DNA of 32,000 nt from Candidatus Hadarchaeales archaeon (GCA_038823825.1 JAWBCC010000005.1:1-32000); one strand, 5' to 3'; counted from the first letter of the stretch, positions 16,392 to 24,586 are shown. The notes: generated from the letters alone by a model not told the origin. Program-made: numbers and translations.

Positions 16392-16464
16392 GGCCAGGGC
16401 CGGGATTCGAACCCGGGCTGCGGGATCCACAGTCCCGAATGCTAACCGCTACACTACCCTGGCC
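16392..16464 (-). tRNA. tRNA-His (anticodon GUG) with genome-encoded G-1
   Basis: The reverse complement folds as acceptor GCCAGGG/CCCTGGC, anticodon stem CGGGA/TCCCG with loop CTGTGGA, and T arm CCGGG-TTCGAAT-CCCGG. An extra 5-prime G (16464) sits opposite discriminator C. CCA is not encoded. Confidence 0.9.
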
Positions 16465-16525
16465 GCCAAAATTTTCTCGACAGACTTGGATTTATCTCTT
16501 GCGTCCAAAAATTCTCATGACAAAA

Positions 16526-16807
16526 CTAAACCCGCTGCTTCTTTTGGAGAAATAGAAGATATGCCATCCAGACCAAAAATACTGGTAAAAGCATGACGAG
16601 CCCGAGCAGGATCCCATTCGATATCATCCCTTCAGTTTCCATCTCGAAAAACTCTCCCCCCTCATAGCCAAGCACATGGTCTACCAATATCATGATGGTC
16701 GCTCCCCACAACATGAGACCCAAGATGTCCAATCTATACCGCTTCGGGGCAAAAAGCCAGAGAATTGTCACGATGATGGCCGCGACAAATGTTGTAACCA
16801 GCCACAA
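16526..16807 (-). CDS. Small 3-TM membrane protein, paralog of the upstream gene
   Basis: 93 aa. It shares LGLMLWGATIMILVDHVLGYE and a C-terminal VFLVWMA helix with the 16812-17138 product. Confidence 0.65.
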   Translation of the reverse strand: MWLVTTFVAAIIVTILWLFAPKRYRLDILGLMLWGATIMILVDHVLGYEGGEFFEMETEGMISNGILLGLVMLLPVFLVWMAYLLFLQKKQRV

Positions 16808-16811
16808 AAAA

Positions 16812-17138
16812 TCACCTCAAGATTCCTGTTTTCGTCCTTAGACCACTTTCAGCACGCTTGATTATGCTCGCATTGATCTTAACTATGCCAACCCAGACGA
16901 AAACAGAAGCCAGAGCCATTGGAACGCCAATGTGAAGCATTTCCCCGAAAACGTTTCCGCCTGTTAAAAACGGTGGGTACGGGACAATTTCCCCATGCGC
17001 CACATGCTCGACCATTAGCATCAAACTGCCTCCCCAAAGCATTGCATTTAACCATCCAACATGCCATTCCTTGGGAAACTTTTTTGATAAAAGTGTGGTC
17101 AAAATTCCTAGAAAAAGCGGAACTACAAAGCAAGCCAT
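16812..17138 (-). CDS. Small 3-TM membrane protein, paralog of the downstream gene
   Basis: 108 aa. It has LNAMLWGGSLMLMVEHVAHGE and VFVWVGI. It lies 4 bp upstream of its paralog and 32 bp downstream of the deacetylase gene. Confidence 0.65.
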   Translation of the reverse strand: MACFVVPLFLGILTTLLSKKFPKEWHVGWLNAMLWGGSLMLMVEHVAHGEIVPYPPFLTGGNVFGEMLHIGVPMALASVFVWVGIVKINASIIKRAESGLRTKTGILR

Positions 17139-17170
17139 TCTTCAGCACCCCCTATCGGAGTAATATTTTT

Positions 17171-17902
17171 TTACTTATAAATATTACGATTGCGCAATTC
17201 TTTTGCAACTTCCTCCATTGTTCGAAACTTTACACCTATACGTAGCATATTGGTGAGCACCTTCCTCAAACGTGCCTCAGCGACTTTGCCTGTTGCGAAA
17301 CGACAATCCCATCTAACATTTTTCATCTCCACGAGCTCCCATGGGTGAAAATCCAAAACAAGCGGTCTGAAAACTCTCAGACCGAGCTGAACTATAGACA
17401 AAGAAACTACTGAGGGTAATCGGAGAATGCTCGAAGGCATAGTGTTCATTATCTCGATCAGGCCCGACGTTTCTGGCCGTTGCCCCAGCCCATACACGGG
17501 AACAGAAGAATCGTAGAAATATCCGAGCTTCACAAGAGCCCGATAAGTATGTTTGTTGCATCTGAAATTCGGGCTCCTAAACCCGACGGGTCTTTTCTCG
17601 ATCGTCTTCTCGATTATCTCTGTTGCGAGTTTCAATCTCCTGAACTGTTCATCGAAGGGTAACAGATCAAGCCTTTCGTGGAGGTATCCGTGACACCCCA
17701 CCTCATGATTTCTGGCAATTTCCGCGATTTTATCCGGAAATCGCTCACAACATTCGCCGGTCACGAAAAAAGTTGCACGTATGCCCAATTCGTCCAACAT
17801 CTTTAGAAGTCTCGGTAGTCCTTCCTCAATCCCTCTCCAAGTTTTCAGATAGGGCGGAGCGTCCTGCTCAACATCCACGGAAAAAACCGCTTCACTTGGC
17901 AA
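17171..17902 (-). CDS. Polysaccharide deacetylase family protein (CE4/NodB-type), no signal peptide
   Basis: FSVDVEQD, ATFFVTG, the HGYLH metal motif and FRSPNF are present. The N-terminus is not hydrophobic, so the protein is predicted to be cytoplasmic. Confidence 0.85.
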   Translation of the reverse strand: MPSEAVFSVDVEQDAPPYLKTWRGIEEGLPRLLKMLDELGIRATFFVTGECCERFPDKIAEIARNHEVGCHGYLHERLDLLPFDEQFRRLKLATEIIEKTIEKRPVGFRSPNFRCNKHTYRALVKLGYFYDSSVPVYGLGQRPETSGLIEIMNTMPSSILRLPSVVSLSIVQLGLRVFRPLVLDFHPWELVEMKNVRWDCRFATGKVAEARLRKVLTNMLRIGVKFRTMEEVAKELRNRNIYK

Positions 17903-19028
17903 GCCTAATTACCTCCTCGTAGACCTCCAAAACTCTTTTAGCCATGACATCAATTGTAAAATTTCGCACCGTTTCTAGACCGTTGGCCCGGAGCGATTTT
18001 GATAGATTCTCGTCTGTCAGAACTCTTACCACGGCTTTCGCTAAAGAGCTGTGGTCTCCGACTGGGACTAAGATACCATTAATGCCATCTCTGACTATGA
18101 GGCTGGAACCTGTCGTTCTTGTCGATACAACTGGAGTGCCGCTCGCCATGGCTTCAAGAATCGCCATTGGAAAGGCCTCAGAAAGAGATGGAAGAACGAA
18201 AACGTCGGCTGCAGCCATCAGCTTGGCTATCTCCGTTACAAGCTTCGGCCCTAGGAAATTTACCTTTTCTAGGATCCCAAGTTTTCTAGCGAGTTCCACG
18301 ACCTCTGGGAGATCTTTACCTTTTCCAGCGATTACCAGCCTAGCGTCTGGAACTTCTTTCACAATTTCAACAAAAGCCTTCACAAGAACGTGGACTCCTT
18401 TCAGTTTTTTTATTCTAACCGCACTAAAGACCACTTTTCCGTCCAGACCATATTTTCGTTTTACTTCTTCTTTCTCCTTTTCAGATTTAGGGTAAAAAAT
18501 AGACAAATCGACTCCATTCGGAACTACTCTAACTTTCCACGGAGGGACCCCAAAATTCACACACGTCTCAGCCGCCTGATCGCTCACACCAATCACCATC
18601 GTCGCCTTTTTGACCACTCTCATCATTGGATGATAGAGAACGGACCACCTGCCAATCGTCTTTCTAACAGTGTGGCACGTTATCACAGATGGAATTCTAC
18701 GTCTCTTGCAATACCAGATGGAGAAAAGCGCTGCGCTGGAGTGAATATCCTGCCCGTGTACAACATCAAAGCCACCATAACGAATCAAGTCCCTGAGCTT
18801 TTTCGCCGCCCTCCCAGAGAACATACGCATCAATACGGGAATAACGAATCCATCAAAATAACTCACATTTACATCCGGTGGGATGAATTCGCTTCCTCTG
18901 AGACGCGCTGGGAGCGCCAGCGTAACATCCACACCAATCTTCGCAAGCGCCTTGCAGAGATTGGCGGTATAGGTCGCCGCTCCGCCAATATCCGGAGGAA
19001 ACTCATCTCCAACTATCAGAACCTTCAG
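17892..19028 (-). CDS. GT4-family (GT-B fold) glycosyltransferase
   Basis: The C-terminal half has LVIAGKG, AADVFVLPSLSEAFPMAILEAMASGTPVV (EX7E region) and GILVP. The conserved N-terminus (L)KVLIVGDEFPPDIGGAATYTANL extends 32 codons upstream of the first canonical start (GTG 18932). The start is therefore placed at CTG 19028 (see findings). Confidence 0.85.
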   Translation of the reverse strand: MKVLIVGDEFPPDIGGAATYTANLCKALAKIGVDVTLALPARLRGSEFIPPDVNVSYFDGFVIPVLMRMFSGRAAKKLRDLIRYGGFDVVHGQDIHSSAALFSIWYCKRRRIPSVITCHTVRKTIGRWSVLYHPMMRVVKKATMVIGVSDQAAETCVNFGVPPWKVRVVPNGVDLSIFYPKSEKEKEEVKRKYGLDGKVVFSAVRIKKLKGVHVLVKAFVEIVKEVPDARLVIAGKGKDLPEVVELARKLGILEKVNFLGPKLVTEIAKLMAAADVFVLPSLSEAFPMAILEAMASGTPVVSTRTTGSSLIVRDGINGILVPVGDHSSLAKAVVRVLTDENLSKSLRANGLETVRNFTIDVMAKRVLEVYEEVIRLAK

Positions 19029-19118
19029 CGCTATCCCCCTAACTAAAGCCCTGAAATCTTGATTAAAAAGCTCATGCTGAAGCTTCGGTTTTACTTAAGA
19101 GCTTCAAGAAATGAAGAT

Positions 19119-19703
19119 TTGTTGGTGTTGAAGAACTTTCTGGTTACAGGAAGACCCGGAAGCGGAAAAAGCACGATTGTCGCCAAAACCGTTCAAATTT
19201 TAATCGACCAAGGGGTGAGGGTAGGGGGAATAGTCTGTCCAGAAATCAGAGATGAAAGTGGTCAAAGGATCGGATTCAAAATGAAGAACATTCTTTCTGG
19301 GGAAGAGAGATTGCTTGCACACGTCGGGCACAAAGCAGGACCATCGGTCGGAAAATACGGCGTAATTGTAGAAAATGTAGATTATATGTCAGAAACGTCC
19401 ATCTTGAACAGCTTGGAACACGTGGATGTTATCGTTATCGATGAAATCGCGCCAATGGAAACCTTCAGCGAAAAATTCAAGAAAGCTATCACAACTGTTT
19501 TGGATTCTTCAAAGCCGCTTCTTGCCGCGATCCATATGAGAAGCATGACAGGATTTATAGGGGACATAAAAAAGAGGCCTGACGTTAAAATCTGGGTGAT
19601 AAAACCCGAAAACCGTGAAAGATTGCCTACAGAAATAGCGTCAGAAATCTTGAAAGTCCTCAGAACAGAGAAATCAGAAAATCGTATGGAGCATCCGTCC
19701 TGA
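19119..19703 (+). CDS. Nucleoside-triphosphatase THEP1-like (P-loop NTPase)
   Basis: FLVTGRPGSGKST (Walker A), VIVIDEIAPME (Walker B) and IGFK are present. The start is uncertain: homologs begin 2-4 residues before the FLVTG strand, which fits TTG/GTG at 19119-19128. The track start is TTG 19059, and ATG 19074 is also possible. Confidence 0.8.
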   Translation: MLVLKNFLVTGRPGSGKSTIVAKTVQILIDQGVRVGGIVCPEIRDESGQRIGFKMKNILSGEERLLAHVGHKAGPSVGKYGVIVENVDYMSETSILNSLEHVDVIVIDEIAPMETFSEKFKKAITTVLDSSKPLLAAIHMRSMTGFIGDIKKRPDVKIWVIKPENRERLPTEIASEILKVLRTEKSENRMEHPS

Positions 19704-20811
19704 AACCTGTTGGTGAGAAATGAGTTCTGGAAAAGAAATATCCCGATGATTTTAGGGCTTCTTCTATGCGGGAGAATTTTGGAGGAGATATACCCGCAAC
19801 GCTTGCCATTACGTTTAGATCAAAAAAGGTTGGTGGACCCTCGGCCTCATTCACGCACATAGACAAAAGCCTGAACTCTTGACTCCTCTGTCTAAACTTT
19901 CTCCGACCTACTCCTTCTAAGACTTTTAGAACAAAATTTTTGTCAAAAATCGAGCCCAGCCAAAGAGGACCGGCATGAGCTAAATCCTCTCCGCAATCAC
20001 AACTTGAGGGGAGCTCCGCTGCAGTTCCTTTTGTCAAATATCTCCTGCTACATGAAAAGCAATGGGAAACAAAGCCTTGTTCTTTTAAAACTCCAAAAGC
20101 GGATCCTGAACTTCTCTTTCCAAAAAGATAAACTCTAAGCTGGTGTCTCGACAAATGGGTAAGAAGAGGGAAAAAAGCAAGATCGTGTTTTGCCGCAACA
20201 CGTTGAATGAAACCTATCAAAATTCTCGCGCCCAGTTCGTGACAGTATTCTGTCCTCAGAGAGACCGCACCGTACTTCCGTAGACATGCGGATGGAGCAG
20301 AACCGCATAGCGCCGCCGTATCGGTGGCTGTGACCGCAAGCACTCCCGCCCGGGAAAGAGAAACGCATGCTGCCTCAACAAAAGGGGCCGGTGATCCAAA
20401 TGGGTCGAGATCCACGAAATTGAATCTACCGCGCATCTCGTGCAAAAGAACGTTCGCGTCGCTCCTGACAACGGACACCTCGACCATAGGCTTGTTCAAC
20501 TCCAAGTTCTTTTTGATTATGTCTATCGCCTTTTGTGAAACATCGCTGATGACAACCCGTTCTACTCCTTCCACCTCACAAGCATATCTCAGACCTCGCA
20601 CGCCAACTCCGGCAAACGGATCGCATATTCTCAATTTTCCCAAAATCTCCACAGCGGCCTGTGCCACGGCCACAGCGATGTCTCTAGCCATCTCCACATG
20701 CGGATTGTAAAAGACGTCTGCTCTTGATGGAACATAATCTCCAGTTGGAGCTCTGAAATCCTCGAGACGCGGTACCTCTAGTATTACTTTTCCTTCCGTC
20801 ACACGAACCAT
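19660..20811 (-). CDS. trm1: tRNA (guanine26-N2)-dimethyltransferase Trm1
   Basis: FYNPHVEMARD, DPFAGVGVRG, DLDPFGSPAPFVEAA, a Cys4 cluster (CFSC...CDCG) and the C-terminal THFSPTGFRTDAP are present. Confidence 0.9.
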   Translation of the reverse strand: MVRVTEGKVILEVPRLEDFRAPTGDYVPSRADVFYNPHVEMARDIAVAVAQAAVEILGKLRICDPFAGVGVRGLRYACEVEGVERVVISDVSQKAIDIIKKNLELNKPMVEVSVVRSDANVLLHEMRGRFNFVDLDPFGSPAPFVEAACVSLSRAGVLAVTATDTAALCGSAPSACLRKYGAVSLRTEYCHELGARILIGFIQRVAAKHDLAFFPLLTHLSRHQLRVYLFGKRSSGSAFGVLKEQGFVSHCFSCSRRYLTKGTAAELPSSCDCGEDLAHAGPLWLGSIFDKNFVLKVLEGVGRRKFRQRSQEFRLLSMCVNEAEGPPTFFDLNVMASVAGISPPKFSRIEEALKSSGYFFSRTHFSPTGFRTDAPYDFLISLF

Positions 20812-20827
20812 AGTTACCCACTAGAAT

Positions 20828-21439
20828 TCATTCGATTTCTGCTCTGAAACCCTTTCCTATGATGTAGGACTCTGCACTTTGTTTTCTAGAGGCAATCGGT
20901 TTAGAAACTTTAACAAAATCAAAATTTTTTCTGAATTCTTTGAGAATTTCTGGAAATTGTTCACCTTGGAATACTTTGACCAATGCCCGCCCGCCGGGTG
21001 AGAGAATCTTCTGGCAAATTTTAAGGACTGAGAGGACAAGTTCCGCAGATCTAGCGTGATCGACACTCCATACTCCAGTTATCCTCGGAGATGCGTCCGA
21101 AAGCACAACATCTGCTTTCCTAGGAATTTCCTTCAAAATGCGTTCGGGCGTGGTGGAATCCAAGATATCTGCAACAATCGTTCTAACGTTTGGAAATTTC
21201 AAAGGTTTTATTGGCTGTAGGTCCACGCCTAGAACGAAGCCTTCCTCTCCAATCTTTTCGGCAGCCACCTGAAGCCAGCCACCTGGAGCTGCTCCCAGAT
21301 CTACTACAACGTCTCCTCTCCTGAGAATGTTGTAGCGCTCGTTGAGCTGAATAAGCTTGAAGGCTGCCCTCGACCTATAGCCAATCTTTTTCGCTAGACA
21401 GTAATAGTGCTCTCTTTTTCTTTCCGATTTAAACGCCAA
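20828..21439 (-). CDS. rlmE: RlmE/FtsJ-type ribosomal RNA large subunit 2-prime-O-methyltransferase
   Basis: HYYCLAKKIGYRSRAAFKLIQLNE, VVDLGAAPGGWLQV, VLSDASP and KVFQG are present. I prefer the TTG start at 21439, preceded by GGGAGGGAGG at 21443-21452. The track start is ATG 21484. Confidence 0.85.
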   Translation of the reverse strand: MAFKSERKREHYYCLAKKIGYRSRAAFKLIQLNERYNILRRGDVVVDLGAAPGGWLQVAAEKIGEEGFVLGVDLQPIKPLKFPNVRTIVADILDSTTPERILKEIPRKADVVLSDASPRITGVWSVDHARSAELVLSVLKICQKILSPGGRALVKVFQGEQFPEILKEFRKNFDFVKVSKPIASRKQSAESYIIGKGFRAEIE

Positions 21440-21851
21440 GAGCCTCCCTCCCGTGTGGTTTGAGACCACAAGCCTTGAAGGCATCAGCCGTGACCGACAT
21501 CAAAACTGATATCTCTGGATGATAGAATAGGTGAGTCTGACATTCGCAGTCACTGGAGCCAAAACCCTCGATTGGCTGAAGTCTACTGGAGAGATTTCGA
21601 GCAACTTCACACTCTCCTCTGCCCTCTGCAAAAATGAAGTCTACAACTCTTGCTCTCGTGAGTAGATAGTCAACATGCCAATGCATCCGCTTTTTCTTTT
21701 CTAAGTGTCTCCTCACTCTTTCTTTCAAACCTCCCATTGCTGAACCAACATAGACATAATAACCCGCCCGAAAACTTTTCCTCCCCAAGGCACCGATCAC
21801 GATTTCAACATCGAATGGGACTTGGATAAATAACGCGTAAGTTCCTTTCAT
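21429..21851 (-). CDS. DUF123-type GIY-YIG nuclease-superfamily protein
   Basis: GYYVYVGSAMGGLKERVRRHL, HWHVDYL and GFGSSDCECQTHLFY match the DUF123/Uri-superfamily pattern as I remember it. Confidence 0.75.
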   Translation of the reverse strand: MKGTYALFIQVPFDVEIVIGALGRKSFRAGYYVYVGSAMGGLKERVRRHLEKKKRMHWHVDYLLTRARVVDFIFAEGRGECEVARNLSSRLQPIEGFGSSDCECQTHLFYHPEISVLMSVTADAFKACGLKPHGREALGV

Positions 21852-22312
21852 CTTAGAGATCTGCTCGCGATGGCCCTCTTTCCCGGAGACTCCTCTACCC
21901 AGACTTCCACCTCCAAAATGTTGTTAAACTCGCCCAGTTTGTCCGAAACTTCTGATAAAATTAGACGAGCTAGTTCCTCTGCGGTCACATTCTCAACTGG
22001 AAGAATGAGAACATCCTGCTCGGGAAAAATGTACATTCTTCCGCCGGATTTTAGAGCGAGAGATTTTCCATCGGATTCTAACGTCACATGAGAACTTCTC
22101 CCAGGTAACAGAAGCTTGTGATCATATTTCGCACAGATCTCGGACAAAATTTTTTTGAGAAGATCAAAATCTATAACCATTCCTTTCTTGTCCGTTTCCC
22201 CGCTCACTGAAACTCCAACCGTCCAATTGTGGCCGTGAACATGCTCACACCTCTCATGACCGATGAGGAAATGTGCGGCTGAAAATCCAACCTTGGTAAC
22301 CTCTATCTTCAT
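21848..22312 (-). CDS. queD: 6-carboxytetrahydropterin synthase (QueD) / PTPS-family protein
   Basis: FSAAHFL and the signature CEHVHGHNW (Cx3HGH) are present. 154 aa. Confidence 0.8.
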   Translation of the reverse strand: MKIEVTKVGFSAAHFLIGHERCEHVHGHNWTVGVSVSGETDKKGMVIDFDLLKKILSEICAKYDHKLLLPGRSSHVTLESDGKSLALKSGGRMYIFPEQDVLILPVENVTAEELARLILSEVSDKLGEFNNILEVEVWVEESPGKRAIASRSLR

Positions 22313-22417
22313 TCAAAGAATTCTTTAGCGGCTGGAAGTTTAAAAGTCTCCAGAAAATTTTCATAGCAAACAAAACCTTTTTAAGCGGAGGTTTTCTTTA
22401 AAAAAGGAGGTAAAAAC

Positions 22418-23533
22418 ATGAAAACGACAATTTCCGTCATAAAGTGCGATGTGGGTTCGTTGGCAGGACATCACACTGTTCCAGAGCCTCTCATGAAAAT
22501 TGCAGAAAGAAAGCTAAGCGAAGCCAAAAAGAGCGGGCTAATAAACAGCTACTATGTCTTTCACGCGGGGGACGACCTAGAGCTTCTGATGGTTCATCAG
22601 CGTGGCGAGAACAATGAGGAGATTCACAGACTTGCTTGGGACACTTTCCAAGAGGCGGCAAAGAAGGCAATGGAACTAAAGCTCTACGCAGCCGGACAAG
22701 ATATCCTGAAGACCGCATTCAGCGGAAACATCAAGGGGCTTGGTCCTGGAGTCGCCGAAATGGAGATCGAAGAGAGACAGGCGGAACCGATCATCGTCTT
22801 CGCCGCCGACAAAACGGAACCTGGAGCGTTCAACTACCCGCTGTTCAGGATCTTCGCAGATCCATTCAACACTGCAGGACTCGTGATAGATCCAGCGATG
22901 ACCGGTGGTTTCAAGTTTGAGGTCTTGGACATTTTCGAAGACAAAAAAGTCGTCCTGAAGTGTCCGGAGGAGATGTACGATTTGATTGCTCTGATCGGCA
23001 CACCTGGCCAGTATGTGATCCAAAGAGTCTACAGAGCCAGCGATAACCTCGTAGCTGCTACAACGAGCACAACAAAGCTCTGGCTGATAGCCGGAAAATA
23101 CGTCGGAAAGGACGACCCGGTCTGCATAGTCAGAACACAGCATGGTTTGCCGGCTGCTGGAGAAGCGCTAGCGCCCTTCATGCACAGTTACTTCGTTGAG
23201 GGATGGATGCGCGGAAGCCACTGGGGACCGCTGATGCCAGTTGGACTGAAGGACGCGAGATGCACGGCGTTCGATGGGCCGCCTCGAATTGTGGCGCTAG
23301 GATTCCAGGTCGTAAATGGAAAGATAGCGGAGGACGATGATGGAAGACCACTGATTGCAGATCTCTTCGATGATCCAGCATTTGAACCAGCTAGAAGAGA
23401 GGCCGCCGAGCTTGCCAGAGTTCTCAGAAGGATGGGTGAATTCGAGCCTGCCCGGCTTGGCAAAGATTCGATGGAATACACAACGCTTCCAGCTGTACTG
23501 AAGAAGCTGGAGAGCAAATTCCAAAAAGCCTAA
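22418..23533 (+). CDS. fbp: Fructose-1,6-bisphosphate aldolase/phosphatase (class V FBPase)
   Basis: MKTTISVIKCDVGSLAGHH at the N-terminus, with GDDLELLMVH and WMRGSHWGPLMPV. A strong SD, AAGGAGGT, lies at 22404-22411. Confidence 0.95.
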   Translation: MKTTISVIKCDVGSLAGHHTVPEPLMKIAERKLSEAKKSGLINSYYVFHAGDDLELLMVHQRGENNEEIHRLAWDTFQEAAKKAMELKLYAAGQDILKTAFSGNIKGLGPGVAEMEIEERQAEPIIVFAADKTEPGAFNYPLFRIFADPFNTAGLVIDPAMTGGFKFEVLDIFEDKKVVLKCPEEMYDLIALIGTPGQYVIQRVYRASDNLVAATTSTTKLWLIAGKYVGKDDPVCIVRTQHGLPAAGEALAPFMHSYFVEGWMRGSHWGPLMPVGLKDARCTAFDGPPRIVALGFQVVNGKIAEDDDGRPLIADLFDDPAFEPARREAAELARVLRRMGEFEPARLGKDSMEYTTLPAVLKKLESKFQKA

Positions 23534-23554
23534 AAGTCTGCCAACAACCCCAAG

Positions 23555-23566
23555 TTTTTCTTTTTT
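23555..23566 (+). terminator. Oligo-T tract, likely archaeal terminator for fbp
   Basis: TTTTTCTTTTTT lies 22 nt after the fbp stop. It overlaps the stop codon of the convergent gene. Confidence 0.4.
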
Positions 23567-24572
23567 ATTTTATTCTAAAGTCGTAGTAATCTTCCACTCT
23601 CACTATGTCTTCCGGATGATGAGTAGACGATTCATGTAAAATCAAGTTTGAAACCGCCAAGAATGAGTGAACGGTGCCTGGTCTCAAATGAATTTTCTGT
23701 CCGGGCAAAAGGGGCTTTTTAGAGTTTCCCTTCATGACTACCCACCCTCTTCCTGAGATAACCTTGAGCACCTCGTCCCTTTTTTCGTGATAGTGCATGG
23801 ATGTTCTGTAACCTGCCATTATATAGAGAATTTTTTCCATTCTGCCCTCTTTGACTCCTAAGATTTTCTCATAGCCCCAAGGTTTGTCTATCCTGTTTTG
23901 GTATTCGAGCTTCGCGGTTTCCAAGTCTTTCTCGGTATCCACAGAAATCCAGAACGGTATGTCTTCTTTGTAGTAGCCGAGCTTTCCTTTTCTGGCTAAC
24001 TCTGGAAAAGCGGTTCTTTCGATATCCCCAACCATATACTTCTGAAGTATTGGGAGAATTCTCTTAGACATACAGTAAAATCCCCCATTTATGAAATGAT
24101 TTAAAACCGGTTTTTCCTCAAAACCTATGATTTTTCCACCTTTGAGATTCAGTATCCCGTACGGACTGCGCATCCTAACTGCGAAAATCGATGCCAAGGT
24201 TCCCGACTTTTTCCACTTCTCGTACATTCTTTTGATGTTCAGATCTGCTATCACATCACCGTTGCTAATAACAGCGTCCTCTCTGGCGGTCTCCATTCCA
24301 AGCCTTATCGCATTTAGAGTCCCCATCGGTGTTTTCTCCTGCACATATTCTATTTCAACACCCATGTGCCTCTCGCCGAATTTTTTGCGTATTTTCTCCC
24401 CCAAGTGGGCTGTCAAGAGAATAACACGGTTTATGCCCGCACTTTTATACTGGAAAAGCTGCCTTTCCAGAATTGTGTATCCTGGCTTTAGCTCAAACAG
24501 GACTTTAGGGACGGTTTCGGTCGCAGGTCTGAGTCTCTTGCCCAAGCCTCCACAAAGAATCATTCCAATCAA
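23565..24572 (-). CDS. Sugar-phosphate nucleotidyltransferase with a C-terminal cupin (type II phosphomannose-isomerase-like) domain
   Basis: The N-terminus ILCGGLGKRLRP is the NTP_transferase signature. The C-terminus KPWGYEKIL...MHYHEKRDEVLKVISG...PGTVHS is a cupin metal motif. Confidence 0.85.
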   Translation of the reverse strand: MIGMILCGGLGKRLRPATETVPKVLFELKPGYTILERQLFQYKSAGINRVILLTAHLGEKIRKKFGERHMGVEIEYVQEKTPMGTLNAIRLGMETAREDAVISNGDVIADLNIKRMYEKWKKSGTLASIFAVRMRSPYGILNLKGGKIIGFEEKPVLNHFINGGFYCMSKRILPILQKYMVGDIERTAFPELARKGKLGYYKEDIPFWISVDTEKDLETAKLEYQNRIDKPWGYEKILGVKEGRMEKILYIMAGYRTSMHYHEKRDEVLKVISGRGWVVMKGNSKKPLLPGQKIHLRPGTVHSFLAVSNLILHESSTHHPEDIVRVEDYYDFRIK

Positions 24573-24586
24573 GCTCTTAGCACCTC

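Noticed and set aside
16242-16445. A 67-aa plus-strand ORF spanning the ribD start and tRNA-His
   Set aside because: It overlaps a clear tRNA and a clear CDS on the opposite strand, and it has no motif.
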